DNA of 64,000 nucleotides from Carcharhinus amblyrhynchos (taxonomy: Eukaryota), in contig OZ336880.1 of the NCBI GenBank assembly GCA_965287045.1, forward strand, positions 49,600,001-49,664,000, read 5' to 3'. The notes beneath the pieces were generated by a model, which saw nothing but the letters and a program-made list of their open reading frames with translations, was not told the origin of the DNA and made no database searches. The translations under genes were made by a program, and so were the position numbers. Shown here piece by piece: positions 63,691 to 64,000 of this stretch (its first letter is position 1; the number at the start of each line of letters is the position of its first letter).

Positions 63691-64000
63691 CCAAATTGTG
63701 ACAAAAATCTGAAGGGCCCCAGTGGGAACCTCATGGAGGAGGGTTCATTTAGATGTGATGGTGGCCAGGAGCAGATGGAGGAGTAGGAGACACTGGTGAT
63801 GGACTTTGAAGGGTGGGGGGTGGTGGAGGTGGGTGCTGGCTCAGACTATGGTCAGGGGGAGATGAGATAGGAAGGAGCTGGTGATCGAGTTTGGTGGATA
63901 GAAGAGACCAATGCTGCAGAGGGGGGTGGGATGGGGAGAGAAGTGCTGACTCTGATTGAGGATGGGGAGAGGGTCCCCGAGACCTCCATGATGGGTTAGG

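Overview
Eukaryotic DNA from a cartilaginous fish (shark-type repeat landscape: CR1/HER1-like LINEs, HE1/V-SINEs, DeuSINEs, Penelope-like termini, PIF/Harbinger elements and MITEs). The only host coding sequence is five minus-strand, phase-0 exons of Kalirin (KALRN; spectrin-repeat region, probably orthologous to mammalian exons 6-10) at 57895-58017, 45024-45215, 41341-41472, 40462-40692 and 1477-1599. The introns are about 12.7, 3.6, 0.6 and 38.9 kb and are largely nested transposon fragments. No prokaryotic-type system is present. The best leads are: (i) an inverted, ~96% identical pair of young CR1 3' ends bracketing four phase-0 exons (candidate 678-nt circRNA with a stop-free circular ORF); (ii) a CAG|GTAAGT recursive-splice-like motif at the start of the 231-nt exon; (iii) a V-SINE subfamily whose tail resembles Rex1/Babar rather than CR1; (iv) decayed hammerhead-ribozyme cores in Penelope-like termini, two of which carry a MITE at the same base; (v) a two-gene Harbinger element with an internal inverted duplication; (vi) an 86-nt intronic hairpin. 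Repeat boundaries are approximate and read by eye.
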